Positions 20,101 through 28,571 of a stretch of 64,000 bases of DNA are shown here, in pieces. How positions within the stretch are numbered: position 1 is the first letter of the stretch; each line of letters starts with the position of its first letter. The stretch comes from Candidatus Izemoplasmatales bacterium (GTDB lineage Bacteria; Bacillota_I; Bacilli_A; Izemoplasmatales; Hujiaoplasmataceae), in assembly GCA_050949045.1 (NCBI GenBank), contig JBMNEZ010000001.1, positions 640,001 to 704,000 of the forward strand, written 5' to 3'. The position numbers were made by a program, and so were the translations under genes. Under the pieces are notes generated by a model that saw only the letters and a program-made list of their open reading frames with translations, was not told where the DNA came from and ran no database searches.

Positions 20101-21359
20101 CTGACTGAATCTCCGTCGAAGACGATGGTTTCGAGATCGGGATCCTCTTCAAGCAAACCGGCGGTATTGATAAAGTCAAATACGAGCGCGGCGACCTCGC
20201 CTATTTGCATCACTTCGGTCTTCCAGTCGATAGCGTAGATTGCTTCTTTGTCGATCGGGATGTCGACTTCGAGCATCTCCGAGCCGACATCGATCGCTAG
20301 TGGCAAGATTGAAGTGAAAAGATGTGAATCGGCGAGTTGGTTCATCGAGGTTTGGATCAGATCGCCGCTGATATCAGATAAATCCCTGGTTTCCATATAC
20401 TCGGAACCCAGGATGTTGCTGGCGACGCCGGCATAGACTGAGAGTTCATCGCGAATGGCGATCTTCTCTTCTTTATAAGTAAATGAAAGCACCATGTCGA
20501 ACAAATAGATATTAAGAGCGACCGATTCGGTTTCCGATTCATGGATTGTAATCTCTTTTGCGAAACCGACAAGGATATTCTGATTATAGGAATCAACGAT
20601 TTCCTTGGCTAGGGCAACAATCTCCTGAACTTGCTCAAGCGGGTTCTCGGCCTGCTGAAGCGGGATGACCGAGTAATTCGCCTGATAAATTCCCTGGCGG
20701 GGAAACTCCAACACGACATCCTCGGTTTCGGGAATCTCCGAGGCAATGGTCATAACACTTTCAGTAATGCTTATGAGTCCGCCAAAGACAATCAAGGTTA
20801 TAAAGAGACTAAGCGCACCGCTGAGAAACCCAAAAATCGCTCCGAATCCCCGGTTTTTCGACCGGTATTTGCGTTCCGCTTTCGGAGTATTGAGAAAGAT
20901 TACGCGGATGATGAAAGTCAAAAGACGATAGATAATTTGGATCACTGTGAAATAAATAATCGTATAGACAATCTTGACAATGAATATGCCTAATCCGGCA
21001 ATAAATTCAAGCAGGTTAGGATTCTCGAGAACACTCGCGGGAATGTCGGGAACATAGATCGAAAGCGCAAGGGGTATTGCTTCCGAAAGCGAGGTCACAG
21101 AAGCAAATGCGGGATCAAGGTTTGCGAGCAAGCCCCCTAGAAAAGTCAGTTCAAGGGACCATAAATAATTGACGACTAGATCAATCGTCAAAAAGAAAAC
21201 GATGTAGAAGATGACTGTTACGATGAAGGCATAGAGTGATTTCTTGAAACCTCGCAAAAAACCAACCAACATGCCTATACCCAGAATACCAAAAAAAAGG
21301 ATATTCAGGTACAGCGGAAGGTTGGTAATATCGGGAATCGGCAGGGCTGTCAGCATCAT
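13218..21359 (-). CDS. Giant acidic membrane-anchored repeat protein A (2713 aa), CvpA-like TM N-terminus plus ~24 ~85-95-aa repeats
   Basis: Uninterrupted 8.1-kb ORF; N-terminal TM helices with GFLRGFKK and RGFGAIFG; about 24 copies of the HAT(I/V)S-centred repeat counted by eye; paralog of 8841-13079. Confidence 0.8.
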   Translation of the reverse strand: MMLTALPIPDITNLPLYLNILFFGILGIGMLVGFLRGFKKSLYAFIVTVIFYIVFFLTIDLVVNYLWSLELTFLGGLLANLDPAFASVTSLSEAIPLALSIYVPDIPASVLENPNLLEFIAGLGIFIVKIVYTIIYFTVIQIIYRLLTFIIRVIFLNTPKAERKYRSKNRGFGAIFGFLSGALSLFITLIVFGGLISITESVMTIASEIPETEDVVLEFPRQGIYQANYSVIPLQQAENPLEQVQEIVALAKEIVDSYNQNILVGFAKEITIHESETESVALNIYLFDMVLSFTYKEEKIAIRDELSVYAGVASNILGSEYMETRDLSDISGDLIQTSMNQLADSHLFTSILPLAIDVGSEMLEVDIPIDKEAIYAIDWKTEVMQIGEVAALVFDFINTAGLLEEDPDLETIVFDGDSVRDIFDALGESQLVTLAAYVALEPVLQSLAEDNPIKAIITVPEGMNWKDEFIAIGEIIGAVLDTEITYGQIQSGDPMTIIQALAQLDFTVILDSKIITHALINVFEGAGGFLDGEELSFLVIPEDIIWLDELDDEGNIIQNGELRNIFLAINQIAELAVSLDFNNLTAAAITELSDEAIEALFESKILVASITETVKTLDFGELALLIPDDVYDDKGYLKKTELVALVSALKTIVTALPCDEGDEECAPIGFDYTKVLSLGSATIDEVFRSLIIEVTIGNMVYEMGADVLVIPETTTAVKTVLVEGASHKIVTAGEIKKVFIAASVFEFENIEEIEFDESVILDIASDEEKIDKILDSEIIAATAGSMLFEMGEDVLTIPSVAMETISVGEADKTIVTASEIRKLLLAVSTLEITTLEGMEIGPNILKNLATAEDDTVLDENKADQIFNSTILHATISSVLIDLVSGETQVLSIPYFDEEGNTIRYRNDVDDFEYISVDEMKAIVRAILVLDIADFESIDIDTLDLDTIIDNSNIILQSAILQATISNQIINMDTDMIVVPDESLSGEDVKITTGVGEQATTFVAKAELIKALEAIQVLNIDLENPVFDATIINNLASDDNPDVLDDDKLNTLLDSTIIHASMSKMIIDLTTGDGGAEAVIIVPYFDESGIAVRIEDDLGNEYLSKSELISLFKAYYSLDITDFNAVDSLDINTILDNFDTLILSATLHATVSDQVINMESEAIVVPRIDHLDQPVIIVVGTEEKQTTYIASNELRATFDALEVMNIDFENPVFDATLIDNLAEDDDPETLDETKLDTLFDSIIIHASISKMLFDLTEGEEAVLSVPYYDADQDEVRFKDVDGVEYVSEQELRNALAALNKLDISDFNNVETLSLTDIKTNFDVLIASAILHATVSDQVINMESEAIVVPQIDHLDQPVIIVVGTEEKQTIYIASNELKATFDALEVMNIDFENPVFDATLIDNLAEDDDPETLDEAKLDTLFDSIIIHASISKMLFDLTEGEEAVLSVPYYDADLDVVRFKDVHGVEYVSEQELRNALAALNKLNISDFNNVETLTLNDINTNFDVLIASAILHATISDQLLTLESDDVSIPYYDYDGVSIRITVGSLEKKTVYIGKNELESTFIALELLGVDGLNQVDINIDLTDFYDPENRNKLMASAIVHSAISKQLVEVDALSVPYYDIDANAVRITRGSADLETDTEYVSDIEIHALFEVLELLEIQDLDNVQIDLDLSKYYEPEPREILLASASVHAEITKQVLDIDDATLDMPFYNESGSSIRITRGDGPEKTEYLVAAEVHALFEVLEFLGITDLNNVNMDMDLTDLYIVENRNILLASAAVHLKVSTQMLELSTGDNPVIVVPDKDINGQPISVLRTNHDDLIDDVFLKEQEIHYFFEGLEILDLPIDNIDEFDGSFDLSVLYDQDNRVELLKSATMHATISDQLIDLDTQDLVIVPKSDYLDTVSIRVLRGVVEFIDKDEIHHFFDAIEILGLSLDDISDFNGDISLDNFFASKEPADYETNQTTLLASAIMHATVSEQILGLGSTKLIVPERDVADTVITAAVNGTDYVVKNEIKALINSLDILGITDITAFAGAINLTNFYSDSNQDTLLLSASMHATISDQILDLGSDKLIVPAKDVAEENIRVTNSVDIEFVQKAEIKALIEALEVLEVTDITTFAGAINLTNFYSDSNQDTLLLSASMHATISDQILDLGSDKLIVPAKDFAEENIRVTNSVDIEFVQKAEIKALIEALEVLEVTDITSFTGAVTLSHFFESANPATYSDNQDILLASAAMHATISDQLLDLGASALIVPDTDVSNNSIRKNVGAVVFIYKTEIKAIIDSLDILGLNSIDSMTGAFSLAKLDTPAKQNKLLASASMHATISDKIFAVDDNILYVPDKRQDDLTAVKVKAGLPDNLLDFVTKDEIKALIDALIIMGYTDLSSFTAEFELGEVFANPETVLLSASIQAMFSDRIINDTGGALQIPDKYYGTINLIRIALTDVTYIEYDELVALITALNALELDDFSSFSFTPAVIFELDSFDTILASEIIQATISSNLLAPPTLDETAPAGSGKLIVPSFFRQDITVETLASKQIEKTELDSLLTSLKLLGINNFSDGMSGTSITTIFMNETSRNTFLASGSIHVTTDNLLKGNTNIGGSIPALAKEDAYNIIGITTKAEIINFIVAVNTIGATDFTEANFTVASIAALDPADQDAILTSMIVRNKITPDLETLCSNPFNPYPLTDDDYMSGATHDFLKKQSILNIIDHYY
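14754..15275. repeat. Two near-identical 258-bp (86 aa) tandem repeats inside gene A
   Basis: GGTGAT recurs at 14754, 15012 and 15270; protein AGAINLTNFYSDSNQDTLLLSASMHATISDQ...LEVTDIT occurs twice. Confidence 0.95.
16816..17923. repeat. Two highly similar 549-bp (183 aa) tandem repeats inside gene A
   Basis: GTCGCATGCA recurs at 16816, 17365 and 17914; protein LHATVSDQVINMESEAIVVP...TNFDVLIASAI occurs twice. Confidence 0.95.
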
Positions 21360-21523
21360 AATTTCTCCCCCTATAAATTTGTTTTAATTAATCGTAATTA
21401 ATTATATACTAACTTCACAGATATTTAAATAGACTGGGCCGATAATTTAGATACATGAAAAAATATGTTAATTGATCGCTTGACGATCCGGTGATGTATA
21501 ATAGTAGCATAGGAGTTGAGTTT

Positions 21524-22402
21524 ATGAAAAGAAGGGGTTCTGCTTTATTGATCGCTATGGCGGCTGTGCTCTTACTTTTTGGCTGTGAGGCATTCACATG
21601 GCCGGCGATTTTTCCAACAATCTACCCTGTTACTACTAAGACCACAAGGACCATCGACATCAGCGGAACAATCTCGATCGGTTTAGACGATTACCAAACT
21701 TATTCCAGATACCATTCTTCTGCCTATGACCTCATCGTCGACCAATACAACGACATCCTGATCAATACCAGAGACAGAATCAGACGCGCAAACATTGGCG
21801 TCCAGACTTCTTTATATAAATCGCGTACCCTCTATCCTTTCGGAACAACAACCTTTCTGGAAAGCGTAAACAAAGGCTCCGGCTTCATCTACAAGGAAGA
21901 TGATGATTACTTTTATGCCGTCACCAATTTCCATGTCGTCGATCCCAAAGAATATACACCTGCCTACGAGATCATGACCTTCGAGGACAGCGACTACCAT
22001 GAGGCGGAACTCATCGCCTATGATGAATCCCTTGATCTCGCGATTCTCCGTTTTTTGAAAAACGAACGGACCGAAGTCGTATTATTGGATATTGCCGAGC
22101 GTTCATTCACGAAATTCAACCCCGGTGAGCTAGTCCTGGCTGTAGGAAATCCTTTGTCTGTCACCGACAATGTGACCTTCGGCGAGTATGTTAATCTGGT
22201 CAGGCTTGATGACGTTCAATTCCTTGTCATCTATCATACCGCCATGATCCATGAGGGATCGAGCGGGGGCGCTGTCGTCGATGTCGACGGAAACCTTCTC
22301 GGCGTCAACACTTGGGGAACCGATGGCAACGACGAGGTTTCCTATGCCGTTCCCGTGTCGATTCTCTACATGTTTCTCCACAACAACGATCTACTTCCCT
22401 AA
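21524..22402 (+). CDS. Trypsin-like (S1C/HtrA-type) serine protease lipoprotein without PDZ domain
   Basis: Lipobox LLFG-C; catalytic triad motifs TNFHVV, DLAIL, GSSGG; AGGAG RBS before MKRRG. Confidence 0.9.
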   Translation: MKRRGSALLIAMAAVLLLFGCEAFTWPAIFPTIYPVTTKTTRTIDISGTISIGLDDYQTYSRYHSSAYDLIVDQYNDILINTRDRIRRANIGVQTSLYKSRTLYPFGTTTFLESVNKGSGFIYKEDDDYFYAVTNFHVVDPKEYTPAYEIMTFEDSDYHEAELIAYDESLDLAILRFLKNERTEVVLLDIAERSFTKFNPGELVLAVGNPLSVTDNVTFGEYVNLVRLDDVQFLVIYHTAMIHEGSSGGAVVDVDGNLLGVNTWGTDGNDEVSYAVPVSILYMFLHNNDLLP

Positions 22403-22421
22403 TCCGACATGATTTAGAAAT

Positions 22422-22462
22422 GGAGCCGTTTCACTCGTAATCAAAACGGCTCTTTTTATTTT
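22422..22462. terminator. Terminator between convergent protease and beta-galactosidase genes
   Basis: GAGCCGTTT / AAACGGCTC stem followed by TTTTTATTTT. Confidence 0.75.
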
Positions 22463-22477
22463 TAAGATGACCTTAGG

Positions 22478-24871
22478 TCATTTGACATCAATCTCAATCA
22501 TGATATCAGGTTCGTATGTTGGTTTGATTTTTATTTTCGATCGGCCTTTTTTACCGGTTGTCTTGACATAGAAGGCCGTTGAACCGCCGATCAAAGCAAC
22601 TGATTTTGGTCCAATCACATCGAGAATCCGGTCGGTTTCAATGGTTATGACATCGCTCGCATTCGCGAGTATGTTATCATTTTCATCGACTTTGGTAATG
22701 ACAATCCTCGTGACATCATAGGTCTCGACATGGACAAGTTCATGATGGTCCGCCTCGACCTTGATCTTGAAAGCACTCGGCTGCGCTATTTTTTTCTTGA
22801 TCACCAGTTCATCGTCGATGTACCCCTCAAAGATGAACACACCCGAATCATCGCCCCAGTTTCCCAGATATTTTCCATAGAGCCTAGTGGCCTCTGCCAT
22901 TGTGATTTTGTTTATAAGCATCAGTTTTCCCATCAACAACCGGTATTTGAAAGGCATCGCCATCCCGTAACGGCTGAAAGCCAAAAGGCACTTTTTGATC
23001 TGGCGGGAGACCTTCTTGGAATATGGTTCGCAAACTTCGATCTGGTCGCCGATGTGATCATCAATGACGACAGGCGGTTTCAGGACATTCGGATAAAGTC
23101 GCCATTCGGGGTAGATTTTGCCGATGAAATAGTCATTATGGTAGAACTTGATGTAATCACAATTAGTGAAAACGACGGTTTCCGGCATTTTCGCCTGCGG
23201 TTGTTCACCGGGCGTCATCGAACCGGCGACCTCGAGGACCGGCTTGTCGAGCCGCTGCGACTTGTACACATAGCTAGCGTACTTCGGTAGCCTGAACATG
23301 TCCATGACCCCATGATAACAGATGCGGTCATTGGCTCCGAACTGCTTGTGCGTGTAATAGTCGGCGAAACACCAGCCGATCGCCCCCGCGATCCGGCTGT
23401 TTTCATAGGCGCTGTCGATGACGCGCAGGTGTCTGAGTGCCTGTTCGACCCTAGTGGCCTCATCGGCGTTTTTTCTGGTCGGATACATATGCCCGCTGTG
23501 TTCGGTCACGAGATAGGGAGCCAGCGCTTTGGCAACGCTTGAGGGACTTGCGAGCGCTTGATTGGCGCCCGTATGGGTAAAATCGTTGTAGGTATAGACG
23601 TCCTCAAGCAACTCGCTGCCGGCAAAATTGCGGACGCCGCCCGTTGGCCGCGTTTCATCAAGTTCCCTCGCGATCCGATTGGTCTCAAGGTAAAAGGTAT
23701 TGTCGTCTTGTGATTCGTTGATCCGCACGCCCCACATAATGATGGAAGGATGGTTGAAGTGATGGTTTATCATCGTCTTCAGATTAGCGAGGCTCAAAGT
23801 CTTGAACTCCTCGTCGCCGAGATGTTGCCAGCCGGGAATTTCCTCAAACACCAACAGCCCGAGCTCGTCCGCACGGGCGATGAAATGGTCGCTTTGCATA
23901 TAGTGTGAGGTTCTGACGATATTTACACCAAGCTCATTCCGGAGAATCTCCGCATCCAATTCCTGCATCCTTTTAGGCATCGCATAACCGACATACGGAT
24001 AGGACTGATGGCGGTTCAAGCCAATCAGTTTGAGCCTGTGGTTGTTAATCGTGAAGCCTTCAGGAGTGAATTTGATTGTTCGACAGCCAAAGCGCTCCTT
24101 AACGGAATCAATGATTTTTCCATCATGTGATAAACTGAGTTCAAGATGGTAGAGCTTGGGCGATTCGGGCGACCAGCGACAAATATCATCAAGCAGAAAC
24201 CCACCTGCAAGTTGGTCACCCTTCTTAAAGATGTTAGTGTCTTGATGGATTGTTTTATCTTGATCAGAAACAACAACCTTTGCCTCCAATGGGAATAACA
24301 AAGGTCCGTCAAGATCGAACTCGTAGTTGATGACGATCTGTGATTCCATCAGGGAAGACGGTTCAAAAGGCTTGATTCGCAAATGGCGAATATGGGTTTT
24401 TGGGATAATCTGCAGTTCCACTTCCCGATAAATACCGCTGTGGCCGAGGTAGTCAACGACCCCACCGAAAGGCGGAATGTTAGCGGTTTCCCTACCATCG
24501 ACAACGACGACGAGCCGGTTTGTCTGATCGAGGATGAGATCATCTTCAAGAACCATATCGAAAGGAGTGTATCCGCCTTTATGGGAGCCTATTTCCTTGC
24601 CATTCAGATAGACTGTGCAAGTGTTCATCACGCCGTAGAAACGAAGAAACATCATCTGAGACTTGTCTGGCTTGTCGATGGTGAAATCTAAAAAGTAGGT
24701 GCCGACGAATTGATGGGTCTCATCATTAATGTAGTTGAAGGGCAATTCGATTAGGGAATGCGGCAACATAACGCTTTCAAATTTGGCCGGATCGAAGTCT
24801 GGTTTAAGATAAGCATCTTGGTAATCGGGAGTGAACCGCCAGTTAAAATTAAGGCTTCTTCTTATTCTCAT
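22478..24871 (-). CDS. Glycoside hydrolase family 2 beta-galactosidase
   Basis: GLNRHQSYPYVGYAM, VRTSHY, NHPSIIMWGVRINES, LVTEH, RICYHGVMDMFRLPK motifs. Confidence 0.93.
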   Translation of the reverse strand: MRIRRSLNFNWRFTPDYQDAYLKPDFDPAKFESVMLPHSLIELPFNYINDETHQFVGTYFLDFTIDKPDKSQMMFLRFYGVMNTCTVYLNGKEIGSHKGGYTPFDMVLEDDLILDQTNRLVVVVDGRETANIPPFGGVVDYLGHSGIYREVELQIIPKTHIRHLRIKPFEPSSLMESQIVINYEFDLDGPLLFPLEAKVVVSDQDKTIHQDTNIFKKGDQLAGGFLLDDICRWSPESPKLYHLELSLSHDGKIIDSVKERFGCRTIKFTPEGFTINNHRLKLIGLNRHQSYPYVGYAMPKRMQELDAEILRNELGVNIVRTSHYMQSDHFIARADELGLLVFEEIPGWQHLGDEEFKTLSLANLKTMINHHFNHPSIIMWGVRINESQDDNTFYLETNRIARELDETRPTGGVRNFAGSELLEDVYTYNDFTHTGANQALASPSSVAKALAPYLVTEHSGHMYPTRKNADEATRVEQALRHLRVIDSAYENSRIAGAIGWCFADYYTHKQFGANDRICYHGVMDMFRLPKYASYVYKSQRLDKPVLEVAGSMTPGEQPQAKMPETVVFTNCDYIKFYHNDYFIGKIYPEWRLYPNVLKPPVVIDDHIGDQIEVCEPYSKKVSRQIKKCLLAFSRYGMAMPFKYRLLMGKLMLINKITMAEATRLYGKYLGNWGDDSGVFIFEGYIDDELVIKKKIAQPSAFKIKVEADHHELVHVETYDVTRIVITKVDENDNILANASDVITIETDRILDVIGPKSVALIGGSTAFYVKTTGKKGRSKIKIKPTYEPDIMIEIDVK

Positions 24872-27237
24872 GCTTCTTGTTCCTCCTTGAGGGTGAAGGT
24901 GTAGAGACGCGAGCCGAAATCACACATCAGCCTGACATTTTGATTATATCCTGTGCCGATGAATCTTTGCTTGGGAATAAAGCCGTTCTGGTTTAGAACC
25001 GCGCCGTATTCTTGTTGTGCTTCCTTCTCGGCCGGCATTAGATAATGATTCTTGAGAATATGAAACAAGATTCCGTGCTGATTCATGTCGATCGGCAAAG
25101 CGTGTTTTACGAGATCACCGAACATGCCGAGGTTGAAATACTGGGTCCGATTCGTGATTAAATATTCATTATCGTTACTAAGTTCCCGGACCCTGATTTT
25201 TTCAAGGGGGGCATTCGGGTTTTCCAGACATTGAAAGATGCCCAGAACCGCCTCGGAGCCATCCGAGCTGATAACCATCAAAGCCGCATCATCTTCCAAA
25301 AAGGGATTTTTAATCCGCACCAGCCTTCCAAACTGGAGGGTTTGGCGGTGCTTCTTGTAGAAAGCGATCTGTTTCTTGATCACTTTCCTTTCATAGGGAG
25401 TGAGTCTGGTGATGTCAAGCTCATATCCGAGAAGTCCGAAACTCGCGATATTGAAACGCGTTTCAAGTTGGGTATGCCTCAATGTTTGCATATTCGGGAT
25501 ATTGCTGACATGGGCGCCCATGACCGACTGGGGATAGCAGAGCGATGTCCCATACTGGATCTTGACCCGCTCGTAACCGTCGGTATTGTCGGAAGTCCAG
25601 ATTTGCGGCATATAATAGAGCATCCCCAGATCAAAGCGGTTCCCACCGCTGGCGCAAGCCTCGAACAAAATCTCTGGAAATCTTGCTGTCAATGATTCCA
25701 TCAATTGATATAAGCCAAGATAATAGCGGTGATAAAGACCGCCCTGATCAAGGGCATCAAGATAGGGGGAAAACACATCAGAGAAATTGCGATTCATATC
25801 CCACTTGCAGTAAGTGATGTTTGCACTCTCAAAGAGCTCTGTGAGCACCTCAAAAAGATACTCCCTGACCACGGGATTAGAAAGGTCAAGCACCAATTGG
25901 TTTCTCCCGAGCGAGGGCTTATAGTCCGGGTGGCTGATCACCCAGTCGGGATGAGCGCGAAAAAGATCGCTGTCGGGGTTCACCATCTCCGGTTCTACCC
26001 AAATGCCGAAGGAAAGACCAAGCCTGTTGATCTTCTCGCACAGCCCCTTGATCCCTGAAGGCAGTTTCCTACGGTTAGGATACCAGTCGCCAAGCGATCT
26101 TGTGTCGTCGTCGCGCTTGCCGAACCAACCGTCATCGAGGACAAACAATTCAATCCCGAGTTTCTTGGCCCGCCTCGCCATTTTCAAGAGCTTCCTCTCG
26201 TTAAACGAAAACGAGGTCGCTTCCCAGTTGTTAAGCAAAACCGGACGCTCTTTGTTCTGCCAGTCCGGTTTGATCAGATTACGCTTGATTAGTTCATGGA
26301 TGTTCTGACTGAGTTTTGTCATTCCTTGCTCGGAATAGGTCAGCACGACCTCGGGAGTGACGAATTCCTCATTTTCGCGCAGGTTCCAATAAAAGTCAAA
26401 CGAGTTGATGCCCATTAGGATCCTAAGGAGATTGTGGGGGGTGACTTCCATTGTCGCCTCGAAATTGCCGCTGTAGACAAGAGAAAAACCATAGCAGCGT
26501 CCATATTCCTCGGTAGCCTTCTTCTCTTTGATGGCGACAAAGGGGTTGTGATCGTTCGAGGAAACGCCTTTCTTCGAATCGATTTTAAGGATGCCAACGC
26601 CGAGATCGTGGACATGGACCTGCCGTTCATTGATCCAGGCGCCGTCAAGCGAAACTGCCTGATAATCCTCATTTAATAAATCCAGGTTCATGCTGAGACC
26701 TTTTTCGATGATCAAAGCATCAGCGCTGTTATTGCGGACAACGGCGCGCCTGACGATGACATCGCAAGCGACAAATAATGAATAATAAAGGTCGACCTCG
26801 AGTTTGCGCACCGCATCTTCAAGCGTGACAATCAGCGTCTCCACCTTTTCCTCTACCCCCGCAAAGGTTTCGGGAAGGCTGGCGAACCGGGGCTTAGACT
26901 CCAATATCTTATGTTCTTTGTACTTAAAATCTGTCAACCGCGACCCGTCTTGAAAACGAAAATGAAGCATCGGTTCACGATAGTCGCCTTTGCCGAAGGT
27001 GGACATTTCAAGAAGCGCAAGGTTGAGGTTGAACGTCCGATCAGCCTGGTCATAGAGGACTTGGTTGCCGACCTCGATCCCGAACTTCAGTTCCAGATCC
27101 GCAAGCGACTTGACTGATTCGAGTCTTTTTCCGTAGTAAAGGTGCCCGAGATGCCCCGAGGGATAAATGCGGATCAAATAAGATGTTTTCTCGGTATCTA
27201 GTTTGAACGCTCTTTCTTTCTCGTTGTAGTTGATCAT
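24868..27237 (-). CDS. Glycoside hydrolase family 36 alpha-galactosidase
   Basis: LLNNWEAT, LFVLDDGWFG, GIWVEPEMV, KWDMNR, CASGGNRFD, WTSDNTD motifs; ATGA overlap with the GH2 gene. Confidence 0.95.
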   Translation of the reverse strand: MINYNEKERAFKLDTEKTSYLIRIYPSGHLGHLYYGKRLESVKSLADLELKFGIEVGNQVLYDQADRTFNLNLALLEMSTFGKGDYREPMLHFRFQDGSRLTDFKYKEHKILESKPRFASLPETFAGVEEKVETLIVTLEDAVRKLEVDLYYSLFVACDVIVRRAVVRNNSADALIIEKGLSMNLDLLNEDYQAVSLDGAWINERQVHVHDLGVGILKIDSKKGVSSNDHNPFVAIKEKKATEEYGRCYGFSLVYSGNFEATMEVTPHNLLRILMGINSFDFYWNLRENEEFVTPEVVLTYSEQGMTKLSQNIHELIKRNLIKPDWQNKERPVLLNNWEATSFSFNERKLLKMARRAKKLGIELFVLDDGWFGKRDDDTRSLGDWYPNRRKLPSGIKGLCEKINRLGLSFGIWVEPEMVNPDSDLFRAHPDWVISHPDYKPSLGRNQLVLDLSNPVVREYLFEVLTELFESANITYCKWDMNRNFSDVFSPYLDALDQGGLYHRYYLGLYQLMESLTARFPEILFEACASGGNRFDLGMLYYMPQIWTSDNTDGYERVKIQYGTSLCYPQSVMGAHVSNIPNMQTLRHTQLETRFNIASFGLLGYELDITRLTPYERKVIKKQIAFYKKHRQTLQFGRLVRIKNPFLEDDAALMVISSDGSEAVLGIFQCLENPNAPLEKIRVRELSNDNEYLITNRTQYFNLGMFGDLVKHALPIDMNQHGILFHILKNHYLMPAEKEAQQEYGAVLNQNGFIPKQRFIGTGYNQNVRLMCDFGSRLYTFTLKEEQEA

Positions 27238-27261
27238 TAACTCGTCACGCTCCTCATCTGA

Positions 27262-27990
27262 TCATTCAGTTTCGATCAGGTTTTTGCTGATATAAGCCTT
27301 GAAAAACGGGTTGATCACGAATAAGCAAAGCAAAACGGTGTAGGCAATCTGCAGAAAAACCGACAATAACAAAAGCCATAGCGGCGAATAAATATTCGCT
27401 GCGAGGAGATTGTCGATCAGGACTCCCGAAAGATATGCCGGAGAGAAAACAAGGAAATATTGTAATTTCAAGGGTATGAGACCGTTACTGAAGAAAATCG
27501 GCGCAACGCAGAAGACAAGAAGATATACCAAATAACTCAATGGTAAGATCCGGTACGACTTGCTGATGATCGATAGCGACAAGCCGATGACGATATGGTT
27601 GAGAATGCCAAGAAGATAAACTCCGACGAGCGCCGGATAATTTGCTTTGTGACCTCTAATAAAAACAAGGGCTATGATGATGAACAACAGCGGTATCAGT
27701 TGTATTAAAACCGCTGAGGTTATCTTGGACAACAAAAACACAGCCGCGCTGATCGGCCTGTCTGTTTTTGGCAGGCTCTCTTGGTTATTGATTTCAAACT
27801 GCAGGCTGAATGAAAAGATGAGGACCGGCAGAATGAAAACAGAGACATAAAGCGCGTTTGCTGGATTGAGGAACGGAAACAAGCCGGTCGCAACACCGAG
27901 AACGAAAGATACGATGACCACCAGCATGAATACGCGCATCTGGTAAAGGCGTTTGAGATCGGCTTTTAACAAAAGCCAATAGTTCTTCAT
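27262..27990 (-). CDS. Six-TM membrane protein, ABC-2 type permease-like
   Basis: Hydrophobic profile; LLKADLKR start, P-x-S...FLLSK and FSP motifs typical of ABC-2 permeases; no ATPase gene adjacent. Confidence 0.55.
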   Translation of the reverse strand: MKNYWLLLKADLKRLYQMRVFMLVVIVSFVLGVATGLFPFLNPANALYVSVFILPVLIFSFSLQFEINNQESLPKTDRPISAAVFLLSKITSAVLIQLIPLLFIIIALVFIRGHKANYPALVGVYLLGILNHIVIGLSLSIISKSYRILPLSYLVYLLVFCVAPIFFSNGLIPLKLQYFLVFSPAYLSGVLIDNLLAANIYSPLWLLLLSVFLQIAYTVLLCLFVINPFFKAYISKNLIETE

Positions 27991-28059
27991 TAAAATCACT
28001 CCCTAGCGACAGTTTAAATCACGGTCAAACAATGTTGGTAGATGCAGACAAAATTGACG

Positions 28060-28557
28060 TCAACGAAACCGCTTTCCTAGAGTTGCTTTGAAGAAGTTAG
28101 CTAGTTCCGTAACATCCTGCTTCTGATTAGCGAATCCGGACTTTTGGACGATATAGGTACGCTTGGAAAAATCGGTGATGATGAAAAAAACGCCGGTGGA
28201 TCTGATCCTGTTGATTTCTGTATATGGAAGTTTGGTTTGTTTCAAACTTTCGACAAGAATCTCTGTATCCGTGAAAACATAGGTCTGCGTGATGGGGTTT
28301 TTAACAAGGGGGCTTTCTTTAAGAACTTTTTTTGTTGTCAACGCCTGAAGGATCAGCGTAAGTAAAAAGTAGAGCGCCAGTATCCCGAGAAAAACCAATG
28401 AGTACTCCCACATTTCGTTTAGAATCATATAGACCATCAAACCGGCAGTGATCAAGGAGACGACAAGAAAATTCGTCTTGAGAAACCCCAGAAGATAATA
28501 CCGGTTGTAACTGATGATCAACTGCTTGTCATAAAGAGTCTTGTTCACGATATTCAT
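28060..28557 (-). CDS. YcxB-like membrane protein
   Basis: Two N-terminal TM helices followed by a small beta-rich C-domain (YVFTDTEILVE...LPYTEI...YIVQKSGF). Confidence 0.6.
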   Translation of the reverse strand: MNIVNKTLYDKQLIISYNRYYLLGFLKTNFLVVSLITAGLMVYMILNEMWEYSLVFLGILALYFLLTLILQALTTKKVLKESPLVKNPITQTYVFTDTEILVESLKQTKLPYTEINRIRSTGVFFIITDFSKRTYIVQKSGFANQKQDVTELANFFKATLGKRFR

Positions 28558-28571
28558 TGATTGTCACCTGC

